A DNA stretch of 64,000 bases from Vampirovibrionales bacterium (GTDB lineage Bacteria > Cyanobacteriota > Vampirovibrionia > Vampirovibrionales > Vampirovibrionaceae). Location of the stretch: positions 229,873 to 293,872 of the forward strand of contig JARXAD010000001.1 in NCBI GenBank assembly GCA_029866025.1, read 5' to 3'. Positions 37,424-47,349 of this stretch are shown here, in pieces (the first letter of the stretch is position 1; each line of letters begins with the position of its first letter). A model generated the notes under the pieces. That model worked only from the letters and a program-made list of their open reading frames with translations. It was not told where the DNA came from and ran no database searches. A program made the translations under genes and the position numbers.

Positions 37424-38359
37424 TTAGGAAAGAGGTTGGGGAACGGGCTGGCAGGTGGCTTCTGTTACAACGCTGCGAGACAGAAATGTTTGCTGTAGGC
37501 CGCGCACCCAATGTTCCAAACGCGGCACATCAATACCGGGAGAAGTCCTTGGGCCGCCAGTCGAGCTCGTATTTTTCTCAATCACACGCCCCAACAGCAC
37601 CCCTTGGCTTTGTAGCGCCAAACGAGCGCAGGCCATGGGGTCGTCTCCTGCTTCAATCCATAGGGGCAAGGCGGTGTGTTGCGAGAGGGTGTTTAGCAAG
37701 GCTTCAGAAACGTCTTTTTGCTGGCAAATGAAACCTTTGGGTACGGTAAAGGGTAGTTGTTCAAAACCCTGAAGACAAGCTTGAGCGACGTTGGCAAGCG
37801 TTGAAGATTCGTGGATGGCGGTGTTGGGTAACCACTGGGCCGGTGAGATATCAACCATAATCGCCACCGCATCGGCGGGGATTTTCCAAGCATCGTAAGC
37901 CTTTGCTAGAGAAGCCAATTGATTGGAAACGAGACCTTGGTGGGTCATCAGTCCACCCACACCCACAGAGACCCGTAAAAAGGTGGCACCGCTGCCCCAA
38001 GCCACTGCTAACGCCGTAGCTGGTCCTTGGGGGTTGGTAGAAACTCCGACGGATAACCCTACCGGTTTGCCTGTGAGTTGGCGAATGCGGCCAATGGCCT
38101 GAGTAAGCAACACAGCGGCGGCAGGATTAAAAGGTTCAGTGGCGGAAGTATCGGAACACGCCACGAGGATGGCGTCCACGCTGCCGGTGGCTAAGGCCAA
38201 AGCGTCTTGCTCCACGCGGGCCATCCACCGGTTGGCATCACCCTGCCAGCGTAAACTGCCTGACAAGGGCAACACAGTTAAAGTACCCACCACAGGGGTG
38301 TCGGTTCCCAGCCATGGGGCTAGGGAAGAGGCAACAGCATTCGAAGGGCTCAGGGTCAT
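37424..38359 (-). CDS. Degenerate BtpA/SgcQ family TIM-barrel protein
   Basis: LPLSGSLRWQG..ARVEQDALALATGSVDAILV, ALAVA..SGATFLRV, ID.PR at the C-terminus. Confidence 0.7.
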   Translation of the reverse strand: MTLSPSNAVASSLAPWLGTDTPVVGTLTVLPLSGSLRWQGDANRWMARVEQDALALATGSVDAILVACSDTSATEPFNPAAAVLLTQAIGRIRQLTGKPVGLSVGVSTNPQGPATALAVAWGSGATFLRVSVGVGGLMTHQGLVSNQLASLAKAYDAWKIPADAVAIMVDISPAQWLPNTAIHESSTLANVAQACLQGFEQLPFTVPKGFICQQKDVSEALLNTLSQHTALPLWIEAGDDPMACARLALQSQGVLLGRVIEKNTSSTGGPRTSPGIDVPRLEHWVRGLQQTFLSRSVVTEATCQPVPQPLS

Positions 38360-38574
38360 GATCAAATACTACAAAGAGCGAAGAGACTGATCTATTATGA
38401 GGCAAAGGCACAAGACACACGAGATGCCTTCACCTTGCTTGAAACGGTATGCACGTATTGTCCACGGTTTAAGCAGGCAATTGGCTTGTGCTTCTGGGTT
38501 TTCTTATACTACCAGCCTTCATTACGAGCCCTCATGGCCAGCCCCATTTCTTTACCTTCTTTAGGAATTAACTT

Positions 38575-40248
38575 GTGACCACTGCCACCCACACTCCCAA
38601 AAGCCATTCCAGCCTGTTGCCCACCGCCAAGCCGGTGGTGGCCATTATTGGCCGCCCCAATGTGGGCAAGTCCACCTTCGTTAATCGCTTGGTGGGCAAT
38701 CGCCGCGCCATTGTGGATGACCAACCCGGCGTGACTCGTGACCGTGCGTATTACGAAACCGACTGGTGTGGCCACGATTTTTGGGTGGTGGACACAGGCG
38801 GCCTCATCCCCGATTCGGAAGAGTCCTTTGATCCCCTCATTCGCGGGCAAGTGCAATACGCTTTGCACGAAGCCGATGTGGTGGTGTTTTTGGTGGATGG
38901 GCGCGATGGCGTGATGCCAGCCGATCTCATCATTGCCCAAGATTTACGGAAGTTAGCTTTGAATAAGCCCGTCGTGTTGGGCGTTAATAAAATTGACTCT
39001 CCCGAAATGCTGGCCAACGTGTATGAATTCTGTTCCCTCGGTTTGTCGTCCAAAGACCACCCGTGCGAACCTGTGGCGGTGTCGGCCCAGCATGGGTTTG
39101 GTGGTGTGGGCAACCTGCTGGATGAAATTGTGAGCCATTTTGGCAAGCCCAAGTATGTGTTGCAGCAAGAAGCAGAAGCGGCTGCCCAGCTATTGGCCGA
39201 TGAAGCCCCGTTTGCTCCTAGCAATTTTTCAGAAGAAAACGAAGATAGCCTCGATATCCTCGACGATCTCGATAGTGATGATTGGGATGAAGACGAAGAA
39301 GACGGCGATTATGACGATACGGATGGCCCCGAAGTCATTGAAGTGATGTCGGAAGCCCGCCCCATTCCTAAAGTGGCGCTGGTGGGCCGCCCCAATGTGG
39401 GCAAGTCCTCTATCTTTAATGCCTTGGTAGGCCACCCTCGCGTCATTGTCAGCGATATCCCGGGTACCACCCGCGATACCATTCTCACCCGCTTGGTACA
39501 AGACGACGTAGCCTACGACATGCTGGATACGGCTGGGATTCGCCGCAAAGGCAAAGTGGATTACGGCATTGAGTGGTTTTCCGTGGATCGTAGTTTGGAT
39601 GCCATGGAGCAAGCCGATGTGACGGTACTGGTGCTAGATGCCGTGGATGGTGTTACGGATCAAGATAAAACTCTGGCGGATTTGGCCAATCGCAAGGGCC
39701 GCGGTCTGATTGTGGTGGTGAATAAATGGGATCAAGTGCCGGACAAAAACACCAAGTCCTTGGCAGAAATGGAAAAAACCTTCCGTCAGCAGCTGCCCCA
39801 CATTGGGTATGCACCTTTTTTGTTCGTCAGCGCTCTCAAGGGCCAACGGGTCAACTTGCTGCTACCCACCGTGCAACGGGTGATGACCAATACCCGCCGT
39901 CGCATTAGCACCTCTGTGATTAATCAAGTCTTCCGCGAAGCCTTGTCCTATAATCCGCCGCCGCCCTTTAAAAACAAGGTGCTCAACATTTTGTACGCCA
40001 CCCAAGCGGCGGTGGCCCCTCCCACCTTTGTGTTGTTCGTTAACCATCCTAAGTGCCTCAAGCCCGACTATCGTCGGTATTTGGAGCGCAAACTGCGCGA
40101 TAATATTGAGATGGAAGGCTGTCCGCTTCGCTTGTTGGTGCGTGAACGCCAAAAAACCTTAAAGCTTACCGATACCAAATCCCGCAAGGGTGGTAAAGCC
40201 AGTGCTAAGCTAAAGGCAAAATCTACGGCGGCCTTAAAGCAGCCCTAA
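38575..40248 (+). CDS. der: Ribosome biogenesis GTPase Der
   Basis: Two GRPNVGKS G domains, acidic linker, KH-like PPTFVLF. Confidence 0.97.
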   Translation: MTTATHTPKSHSSLLPTAKPVVAIIGRPNVGKSTFVNRLVGNRRAIVDDQPGVTRDRAYYETDWCGHDFWVVDTGGLIPDSEESFDPLIRGQVQYALHEADVVVFLVDGRDGVMPADLIIAQDLRKLALNKPVVLGVNKIDSPEMLANVYEFCSLGLSSKDHPCEPVAVSAQHGFGGVGNLLDEIVSHFGKPKYVLQQEAEAAAQLLADEAPFAPSNFSEENEDSLDILDDLDSDDWDEDEEDGDYDDTDGPEVIEVMSEARPIPKVALVGRPNVGKSSIFNALVGHPRVIVSDIPGTTRDTILTRLVQDDVAYDMLDTAGIRRKGKVDYGIEWFSVDRSLDAMEQADVTVLVLDAVDGVTDQDKTLADLANRKGRGLIVVVNKWDQVPDKNTKSLAEMEKTFRQQLPHIGYAPFLFVSALKGQRVNLLLPTVQRVMTNTRRRISTSVINQVFREALSYNPPPPFKNKVLNILYATQAAVAPPTFVLFVNHPKCLKPDYRRYLERKLRDNIEMEGCPLRLLVRERQKTLKLTDTKSRKGGKASAKLKAKSTAALKQP

Positions 40249-40376
40249 GGGGCCCTTAACCAAGCCTAAAGTAATGCGCTTAAGGGCTCTCTCTTGGGAG
40301 AACAGTCGCTTTACGCTATAGTAAAGCTGGTTTTGGTGGAGTCAATCAACCCTTGCTAGCTGGCCTTAGTCTCTGG

Positions 40377-40982
40377 ATGCACTCGTTACCCCTTGCTGTG
40401 CAAGTGGGGAGCGTTTTGTTGGTAGCTTATTTGCTGGGTGCCCTGCCCTTTGGGTACTGGGTGGTGCTGGCCAAAACCGGGCAAGATGTTCGCCAGCATG
40501 GCAGTGGTGGCACAGGAACCACCAACGTTAAGCGTATGGTGGGCAATCAAGGGGCCATGGTGGTGTTGGTACTGGATTTGCTTAAAGGCGCAGCCGCTGT
40601 GTTGCTGGCCCAAGCTCTGCTGCCCCAAGTGCCTTGGGTGGCCATTGGGGCGGCTTTTTTAGCCTTGGTGGGCCATAGTAAATCGGTATTTATTGGGTTT
40701 ACCGGCGGTAAAGCCGCGGCCACCGGGTTGGGCACCATGGTGGCGCTAATGCCCTTGCTATCGGGGGTTCTGGCCGCTATTGCCATTGTTGTCTTTCTCA
40801 TCACACGAACGGTTTCCATTGCGTCTTTGACGGTGGCTGCCATGACGCCACCCTTGCTGTGGTGGTGGCACGCTCCATTGCCCTGTTTGATATACGGCTG
40901 TATGGCTGCTATTTTTGTGGCGGTACTGCACAAAGATAATATTGTCCGCCTGCTTGCAGGCAAGGAGAATCGCCTGATATGA
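40377..40982 (+). CDS. plsY: Glycerol-3-phosphate acyltransferase PlsY
   Basis: HGSGGTGTTN, DLLKG, GHS..F.GGK, HKDNIVRLLAGKE. Confidence 0.95.
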   Translation: MHSLPLAVQVGSVLLVAYLLGALPFGYWVVLAKTGQDVRQHGSGGTGTTNVKRMVGNQGAMVVLVLDLLKGAAAVLLAQALLPQVPWVAIGAAFLALVGHSKSVFIGFTGGKAAATGLGTMVALMPLLSGVLAAIAIVVFLITRTVSIASLTVAAMTPPLLWWWHAPLPCLIYGCMAAIFVAVLHKDNIVRLLAGKENRLI

Positions 40983-41989
40983 GTCGGATTGGTATCTTAG
41001 GGTCTGGAAGTTGGGGGCTAACGCTGGCTTGTCTCATGCATCAAGCCGGGCACACGGTAACCCTATGGAACCGCCACGAGGCCAAGGCTGAGCAACTAAA
41101 AGCTAATCGCTCCGTTACCTTTCCCGTAACCCTAACCCTGCCGGAAGATGTGACTATTACGGACAATTTGGCAACCGCTATTACTGATGCCGATATTGTG
41201 ATGTTGGTGGTGACCAGCGCCGGCACGCGTTCGGTATTGGAAGCCATTCAAGCGTTAGGCATTTTGCCAAGCCATACCATTTTACTCAATGCATCCAAAG
41301 GTATTGAGTATCCCAGCCTTAAAAACTTATCCGCCGTGGTAGAAGAGCATTTCCCCAACCAGCCAGCCGGGGTATTATCGGGTCCTACCTTGGCCCCAGA
41401 GATTTTAAAGGGATTGCCCACGGCTGCTGTGGTGGCTAGCCATGCCCTTGCCACCGCTGAATACTTGCAAAAAACCCTCTCTACAGAGCGGTTCCGTATT
41501 TATACCAATACCGATGTGATTGGTACGGAAATGGGCGGCGCTTTAAAAAATATTTTTGCCATCGTGAGTGGTTACATGAAAGCCAAAGAGTTGGGCGACA
41601 ATGCGCAATCTACCCTGATTACCCGTGGGCTGGCAGAAATGACTCGCTTTAGTATGGCCATGGGGGCCGATGTGCAAACCCTGTATGGCCTGAGCGGTTT
41701 GGGCGACTTGTTGGCGACCTGCAACAGCCCCCTCAGCCGAAATTACCAAGTAGGGTTTCGCTTGGCCCAAGGGCAAAGCTTGGAGCAAATTTTGGCCGAG
41801 CTCCACATGGTGGCCGAAGGGGTGCAAACCACCTACGCTGTTTGTGAGCTGTCTCAGCAGCTTAACTTGGATGTGCCCATTGTGCACCAAGTGCGTAAAG
41901 CCTTTAGTGGTCAGTTTTGCGAGCAAGAAATCATACACACCCTCATGAGCCGTCGCCTTAAATCCGAGTTGGTAAGCGCACCGGCTTAA
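40979..41989 (+). CDS. gpsA: NAD(P)H-dependent glycerol-3-phosphate dehydrogenase
   Basis: GSGSWG, LSGPTLA, GGALKNI, GLGDLLATC.SPLSRN. Confidence 0.96.
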   Translation: MSRIGILGSGSWGLTLACLMHQAGHTVTLWNRHEAKAEQLKANRSVTFPVTLTLPEDVTITDNLATAITDADIVMLVVTSAGTRSVLEAIQALGILPSHTILLNASKGIEYPSLKNLSAVVEEHFPNQPAGVLSGPTLAPEILKGLPTAAVVASHALATAEYLQKTLSTERFRIYTNTDVIGTEMGGALKNIFAIVSGYMKAKELGDNAQSTLITRGLAEMTRFSMAMGADVQTLYGLSGLGDLLATCNSPLSRNYQVGFRLAQGQSLEQILAELHMVAEGVQTTYAVCELSQQLNLDVPIVHQVRKAFSGQFCEQEIIHTLMSRRLKSELVSAPA

Positions 41990-42039
41990 ATGGATTCTAA
42001 TTAGTTAGGCTGGGCTTGCTTTTTTTGCTACGACTTTTG

Positions 42040-43101
42040 CTATGACTTTTGTTTCCCTAGGCCAAAACCTTCCACGGATTCCACAATGTCCACGTCGTCT
42101 GTAATCGTCACGGCCAAGTGGTTACGAAAGGTGCCGGGGCGGCAATAAAATTTGGCTTTGTTATTCACCGACATCAACAAAGGCTCTTCGGCGCGGCGAT
42201 CCATGCGTATCACATCACCCACGCGTAGGGCCAATAAATCAGACACACGCACCTGAGTACCGGCCAAATGCACCTGCACAGGCACTTTGGCGTAGTGCAA
42301 TTTGTTTAGCAGGCGTTCTTGCTCCGCAGGGCTCGATTCCATTTGCTGGCCACGAAAAATACGCTGGGCGCTGAGCTGATCGATGACTTCTTCCACCACA
42401 GGGTAGGGAATGCACAGGCTGATGAGGCCCGAATCTTTGTTGGCAATTTTAATTTCAAAAGTCACCAACGCCACAATTTCTCCCGGTGTCACCACCTGAA
42501 TCATGTTGTAGCTTTCTTCCATGCCCACCATAAACACCTGCACATCCATCATGGATTGCCAGGCTTCTTCCAGGGTGGATAAGGTGCGTTCAATCACGCG
42601 TTTGATGAGGGCTTGTTCAATATCCGTTAGTTCGCGCGGGCGGCCATCGGGGTTACCTTTACCACCCAACATCCGGTCAATAATGGCCGAGGTTACTTCA
42701 AAGCCAAATCCCAGCAAGGTTTGCCCCGGCAACGGTTGCATCTCCAAAATAGAGACGGTCATGGGGCTGGGCATGGACCGTACAAATTCCTCGTAGGTCA
42801 GTTGATCCACCGATACCACATCCAACGACACCGATGCCCGCAGGTAGGTGGTGAGCACCAGGCTAATTTGGCGGCAAAAGCTTTCGTGGATGGTTTGGAG
42901 GGCCCGGAGGTGATCTTTGGAAAATTTATCGGGGCGGCGAAAATTATACAGCTTGTAAGAGAGCTTATCACTCAGTCGGCTGTCCATGGCCGACTCGTCG
43001 GGCATGTCCAGTACGCCCAAGCTGGTGCTAATGCCGCCGCCGTCCTCAGCATCCACACTGAGTGACGAAAGCAGTTTATCAATTTCTTCTTGGCTAAGCA
43101 T
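42040..43101 (-). CDS. fliM: Flagellar motor switch protein FliM
   Basis: LSQEEIDKLL CheY-binding peptide, YNFRRPDKFSKD, IDRMLGG.G..RELTDIE, SpoA domain. Confidence 0.96.
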   Translation of the reverse strand: MLSQEEIDKLLSSLSVDAEDGGGISTSLGVLDMPDESAMDSRLSDKLSYKLYNFRRPDKFSKDHLRALQTIHESFCRQISLVLTTYLRASVSLDVVSVDQLTYEEFVRSMPSPMTVSILEMQPLPGQTLLGFGFEVTSAIIDRMLGGKGNPDGRPRELTDIEQALIKRVIERTLSTLEEAWQSMMDVQVFMVGMEESYNMIQVVTPGEIVALVTFEIKIANKDSGLISLCIPYPVVEEVIDQLSAQRIFRGQQMESSPAEQERLLNKLHYAKVPVQVHLAGTQVRVSDLLALRVGDVIRMDRRAEEPLLMSVNNKAKFYCRPGTFRNHLAVTITDDVDIVESVEGFGLGKQKS

Positions 43102-43234
43102 GGAATGGGTAAAGGGCTCGTGTTGTTTGTATAAAAACCGTGATTATCGATGATGGGCCACCAGGCCAGTAATGCAAGGGCCCTCTGGGCATGTCGTATT
43201 GGATAAAGAAATCTCATTTCAAGATCTCTTTATA

Positions 43235-43252
43235 AAGCCCTGTTCAGGGCTT
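43235..43252 (-). terminator. Hairpin at the fliL stop
   Basis: AAGCCCTG-AA-CAGGGCTT followed by TATA. Confidence 0.45.
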
Positions 43253-44102
43253 AGTATTGGATGATGAAATCGGAGAAGTTGACGCGAACCACGCTGTATT
43301 TGGGGCCAATAAGGCTGTTGATTTGTGACTTGATGTCGTCTTTCAACAATTCTTGGCCTTCAATGGTGCCGAGGGTGCCGGCGGTTCGCTTCATTAAGGC
43401 TTGGTTAATAATGTCTCGAATGGTGGGCCCGTAGGGCGACATGTTTTTGGTAAAGGCTTCGGTACAGGTTTTGTAAGGATCTGCAGGGGCAGCGCCGCCA
43501 TTGGCCACTAAATGTTCTTTGCGAGAAGAAGCTGCTGTATAACGGGCGGGAATGGTGGCTACATTGGCAGCAGCACCCAGTACTTGCCCACCGGCTACAG
43601 AACCCACGGCAATGACGGAACGTGATGTTGCTGTAGCGGCTTTGTGCTCGCCACCACCCGTGGGGTCGCAATACTCTTCTACTGGCACCCCAATGTTCAG
43701 GGTCATTTTAGTGCGTAAAAACTGGTTGCCTCTAATATTGGGATCCGCTTGCAGGTTGACGGTAAATTCGTCCAAATCTAGGCGCATGCCAATTTTTTGG
43801 GCTGGGCTGCCATGCTCACCCCCCCCTTCTTCTCCATGCTCGCCTTCTTTTTTATCACCGTGTTCGGCGCTGCCCACAGCTGCCTGTACTTGTTCGGCCA
43901 CTTTGGGAGCAATGACCATGGGCGCTAAAAACAAGGTGGAAGCCACCGAACCCCCAATGCCTGCAATAAAAATGGCGGCAATGGTAACAATAAACTTTAA
44001 ATCAAAACCCGATTGGGTGACTGGGGCTGCAATATCGCCGCCGCCACCCGATACATCGACATCTTCGGGCTTAATATCTTTGGGTTTGGTGGGGCGTGCC
44101 AT
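43251..44102 (-). CDS. fliL: Flagellar basal body-associated protein FliL
   Basis: TM anchor, FTVNL, IRDIINQAL..G.E.LK..I...IN, VNFSDFIIQ. Confidence 0.88.
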   Translation of the reverse strand: MARPTKPKDIKPEDVDVSGGGGDIAAPVTQSGFDLKFIVTIAAIFIAGIGGSVASTLFLAPMVIAPKVAEQVQAAVGSAEHGDKKEGEHGEEGGGEHGSPAQKIGMRLDLDEFTVNLQADPNIRGNQFLRTKMTLNIGVPVEEYCDPTGGGEHKAATATSRSVIAVGSVAGGQVLGAAANVATIPARYTAASSRKEHLVANGGAAPADPYKTCTEAFTKNMSPYGPTIRDIINQALMKRTAGTLGTIEGQELLKDDIKSQINSLIGPKYSVVRVNFSDFIIQY

Positions 44103-44114
44103 ACAAATCTACTT

Positions 44115-45104
44115 TCATTCAAGAACAGCACGGTCGGTGACCAAGGGCAGGGCCTCGGTCACCATCACAGTGGGATTCTCGCTTGGCGTCGAAACACGGT
44201 TGTTTTTAATACCCACCGTTCCGGCTGTGTTTTCCACAGCGGCTTTGGGGGCACTCGCTAAAACACTGGCGTCCAGCACAATAATATCGACCCGCCTGTT
44301 TTGTTGCCTCCCCTGTGCAGAGGAGTTACTGGCGATGGGCCGGTATTGGGCATACCCCGCTGCCGACAGTTGATTTGGGTTAAGGCCCTGTTGTTGAATA
44401 AGGGCCGAAACTAGGGTGGTTGCCCGTGCTGTAGACAACGCCCAATTACTGGGGTATTGGCTGGTGGCAATGGGGGTATTATCGGTATGGCCTTCCACAC
44501 GAATGGTTTTGCCGCTTTGAATGAGTTGTTGCTTAAGCCCTTGAGCCAAGGTAGCCACTGCCTGTTGGGCTTGAGGAGACAACGTGGCACTGCCTGAATC
44601 AAAGAGCAACGAATCCGTGAGGCGAATCAGCACCCCTTCGGGGGTTTTAAGTAAGGTAATGGCCCCTGTAGTGTGGGTTTGTTGTTCCACTGCGGTTACG
44701 GTGGCTTTTAGGGCCTCGTACGCTTTAAGTTGTTGAGCCTGCTGACTAACTAGCGCTTGAGTCTTGTTCAAGTGGTGTTGTAATTCTTGGTTAATGTTGG
44801 TCAAAAAGTCGTTATCACGAGCAGACATAGCCAGCATGGCCAAAAATAAGCCCAACAATAACGTCAGTAAATCGGCATACGGAATAAGCCAACGGTGTGG
44901 CCCTGTGTAAGCAGCACTATGTCCCAGCTCCTCTTCCAAAGTTTCCAAGCGTTGCAGTGAATGAGCCCCCGAGCCTTTGCCCGGAGACAGCATGGACGGC
45001 TTGCCTTGTGCTGAGTTGGCCGTAAGCGACAAGCCTTTAGAGACCACAGGCTGAGACGACCTTTGGCCATATGTTTTTTGGTATTGCGTTTTCTTTAGTA
45101 CCAT
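44115..45104 (-). CDS. motB: Flagellar stator MotB
   Basis: WLIPYADLLTLLL, OmpA domain VEGHTD..NWALSTARA..NRRVDI. Confidence 0.93.
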   Translation of the reverse strand: MVLKKTQYQKTYGQRSSQPVVSKGLSLTANSAQGKPSMLSPGKGSGAHSLQRLETLEEELGHSAAYTGPHRWLIPYADLLTLLLGLFLAMLAMSARDNDFLTNINQELQHHLNKTQALVSQQAQQLKAYEALKATVTAVEQQTHTTGAITLLKTPEGVLIRLTDSLLFDSGSATLSPQAQQAVATLAQGLKQQLIQSGKTIRVEGHTDNTPIATSQYPSNWALSTARATTLVSALIQQQGLNPNQLSAAGYAQYRPIASNSSAQGRQQNRRVDIIVLDASVLASAPKAAVENTAGTVGIKNNRVSTPSENPTVMVTEALPLVTDRAVLE

Positions 45105-46429
45105 TAGCTAATCCATCCATCATTGGCGGCTAAGGCTTGTAGCTCTTCCGAGGTGGCATATTGCTGAGGCTTGGAGCGTGAAGCCAATTGACCTTTCGAC
45201 AACGGCTTGGAAGCCGACGGTTTGCTTGAAAGGACGGTATCGCCAAAACGACCCGTACCCGATAAGCGATGGGCTGCTTGTTGTGATGGCAGTTGCTTGC
45301 CTTTTGGACGGGTGGCCGAGGTGTTTTTCTTGGGTAAGTACCCCATATCCGCGCCCCGTTTGGGAGATTCATCAAAGACTGACGAGGGCAACGCAGGGGC
45401 CAAGGGAGGCTCTGGTTGAGCCAGACTGGCGGCAGGAGCCTGAGCATAGCCTTTGGCGGGAGTGACGGTTGCTTGTCGCCTTTGAGAACCAAATTTTAAG
45501 GCCGTGGATAGTGCCCCTTGGGGTTTTAGTTGGGGTTTGAATCCCTGAGAAACCTGTACCTCGGTATTGTGGCCAGCAAAGGAACCGGTCCGCAAGGGCG
45601 AGCCTTCCGCCAAGGTGGGAATTTCATTAAGGAAGGCGCGCAGTTTTTCTTCTGTCACCAGTGGATGATCGCCTGCATAGATGCTCATCATGCCTTCGGT
45701 GAGGATGGTTTTTTGAAACCACGCGTCTCGCGCTTGTTGCTTAAGGCGGCCCGCCAAGGGCAAACACACCAAATTGGCCAAGCCCACACCGTACAAGGTG
45801 GCGGTAAAGGCGCTGGCAATACCGTGGGTCAGCTGCCCTGGAGAATCAAAAGAACTGGCCACGTGCATCAAACCAATAACGGCACCCACAATACCCAGGG
45901 TGGGGGCAAAGCCACCGGCGGCTTCAAACAAACGGGCGGCATCCAGCTCTTGGCGGTACTGCACTTCCATATCGGTGGTAAGGGCATGCTGAATGAGCAC
46001 TGGAGGACGATTGTCCTGCATCAGCTGGATCCCTTTACGAACAAAGGGCGAGGGGATTTGATCCATGATGGGTTGCAAGGCCAATAACCCATTGTGGCGA
46101 ACCAATTGGGCAATTTCCGTCAGTAGCTCCACGGCGTCTTCGGCGCAGCCGGTGGGGCGGGTTAGGCTGTTTTTAATGCCTTCTTTTAATAAGGCCCCCG
46201 TGCGGTTGGAAAAATTCATCAATAACGCCGTGGCGGTGCCGCCAAACACAATCAACAAAGCTTCTGGCTGAAACAGCATGCGAAAAGGCAGACCCAACCA
46301 AGCAAAGGCGCCTGCCACAATGCCAGCGCTTAATAGCAAGCCAACCCACACCGATGTATCCAGCTGGACGCCGCTGTGTAGGGGTTTTTCGTCCATACCA
46401 TTTTCATGACGATTGTTGAAACCAGCCAT
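45104..46429 (-). CDS. motA: Flagellar stator MotA with long C-terminal tail
   Basis: LIVFGGT, GLLAL, AGGFAPTLGIVGAVIGL, AFTATLYGV..ANL. Confidence 0.93.
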   Translation of the reverse strand: MAGFNNRHENGMDEKPLHSGVQLDTSVWVGLLLSAGIVAGAFAWLGLPFRMLFQPEALLIVFGGTATALLMNFSNRTGALLKEGIKNSLTRPTGCAEDAVELLTEIAQLVRHNGLLALQPIMDQIPSPFVRKGIQLMQDNRPPVLIQHALTTDMEVQYRQELDAARLFEAAGGFAPTLGIVGAVIGLMHVASSFDSPGQLTHGIASAFTATLYGVGLANLVCLPLAGRLKQQARDAWFQKTILTEGMMSIYAGDHPLVTEEKLRAFLNEIPTLAEGSPLRTGSFAGHNTEVQVSQGFKPQLKPQGALSTALKFGSQRRQATVTPAKGYAQAPAASLAQPEPPLAPALPSSVFDESPKRGADMGYLPKKNTSATRPKGKQLPSQQAAHRLSGTGRFGDTVLSSKPSASKPLSKGQLASRSKPQQYATSEELQALAANDGWIS

Positions 46430-46719
46430 GCATCACCTCTTGTTAAAAGTCCAAAACAAGCCAAAAACCAACGCTGCGTTGCCTATCATCTTAAAAACGG
46501 CATGATCATTATCAACACAGGCTCTCTTCTTCCAGCATAGGCTTTGGCTCGGCTGCTGCCCTCCACCGTCCAGACGAGACCGCCCACCAAGGACGGCTTA
46601 TCAACGGGCCGTTGGCAAAACCCAACAAGCTGGGTGTATCCATTTAATCAGAACGTAAACGCCGATAATTTTAAGTGCTTACGCAATAGGCCACTATAAA
46701 AACCCATCTTGCTGGGAGG

Positions 46720-47160
46720 CTAGGCGCTTTGGCGATGCTGCTGAGCATTACTCCGTCCTGCGTTCATCCACTCATCGCGAGATAAGGGTGAGCCGTGGCT
46801 CCAGTAGGCTTCCAAATCATAGTGCTGGCGGGCTTCATCGCGCATTACGTGCACCACCACGTCGCCATAATCCAACAAATGCCATTGGCCCGATTGATCA
46901 TCCTCGTAGTGCAAGGGCGACACGCCTTGAGCTTTCAGCATTTCGGCAATGTGGTGGCCAATGGCCGTAATTTGGGTGCTGGAATGACCGGTGGCGAACA
47001 CAAAGTAATCGGCAAACCCAGAAATCTGACTCACATCCAGTATGGCGGTGTTGTCGGATTTTTTACTTTCGGCCAAATTGGCAATCTGGCAGGCAAACTC
47101 AAAAGAAGTCGTGGTGTTGGGGGGGTGCGTGTGGGTTTGTGGCGCGTTGAGTTGGGTCAA
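46720..47160 (-). CDS. rsfS: Ribosome silencing factor RsfS
   Basis: ADYFVFATG, WHLLDYGDVVVHVM, R.HYDLE.YW. Confidence 0.95.
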   Translation of the reverse strand: MTQLNAPQTHTHPPNTTTSFEFACQIANLAESKKSDNTAILDVSQISGFADYFVFATGHSSTQITAIGHHIAEMLKAQGVSPLHYEDDQSGQWHLLDYGDVVVHVMRDEARQHYDLEAYWSHGSPLSRDEWMNAGRSNAQQHRQSA

Positions 47161-47349
47161 ACAGGCAGTCTCCAGTCATCAACAAATGGGCATCAACAAA
47201 AGGTGTTACAAACACAAGTAGAACGCTCTTAAAAATACCGTAAAGCGGCGTTAGGAGGAAGCCTTGGCTTGGTTACAAGTACCACAAAGCAAGGTCACCC
47301 TACGTATCGACCGATTGGGTGTGGACTGAATGGCATAGCCCAAGCATTC

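Noticed and set aside
39230..39330. Very acidic tract in Der
   Set aside because: An acidic inter-G-domain linker is normal for Der; it is only somewhat longer here
43552..44373. 273-aa plus-strand ORF and other long antisense ORFs over core genes
   Set aside because: They fully overlap well-supported genes on the opposite strand; codon-bias shadows
46430..46719. Possible c-di-GMP riboswitch or sigma28 promoter upstream of motA
   Set aside because: No GEMM consensus visible; the GCCGATAA at 46661 is on the wrong strand and lacks a properly spaced TAAA
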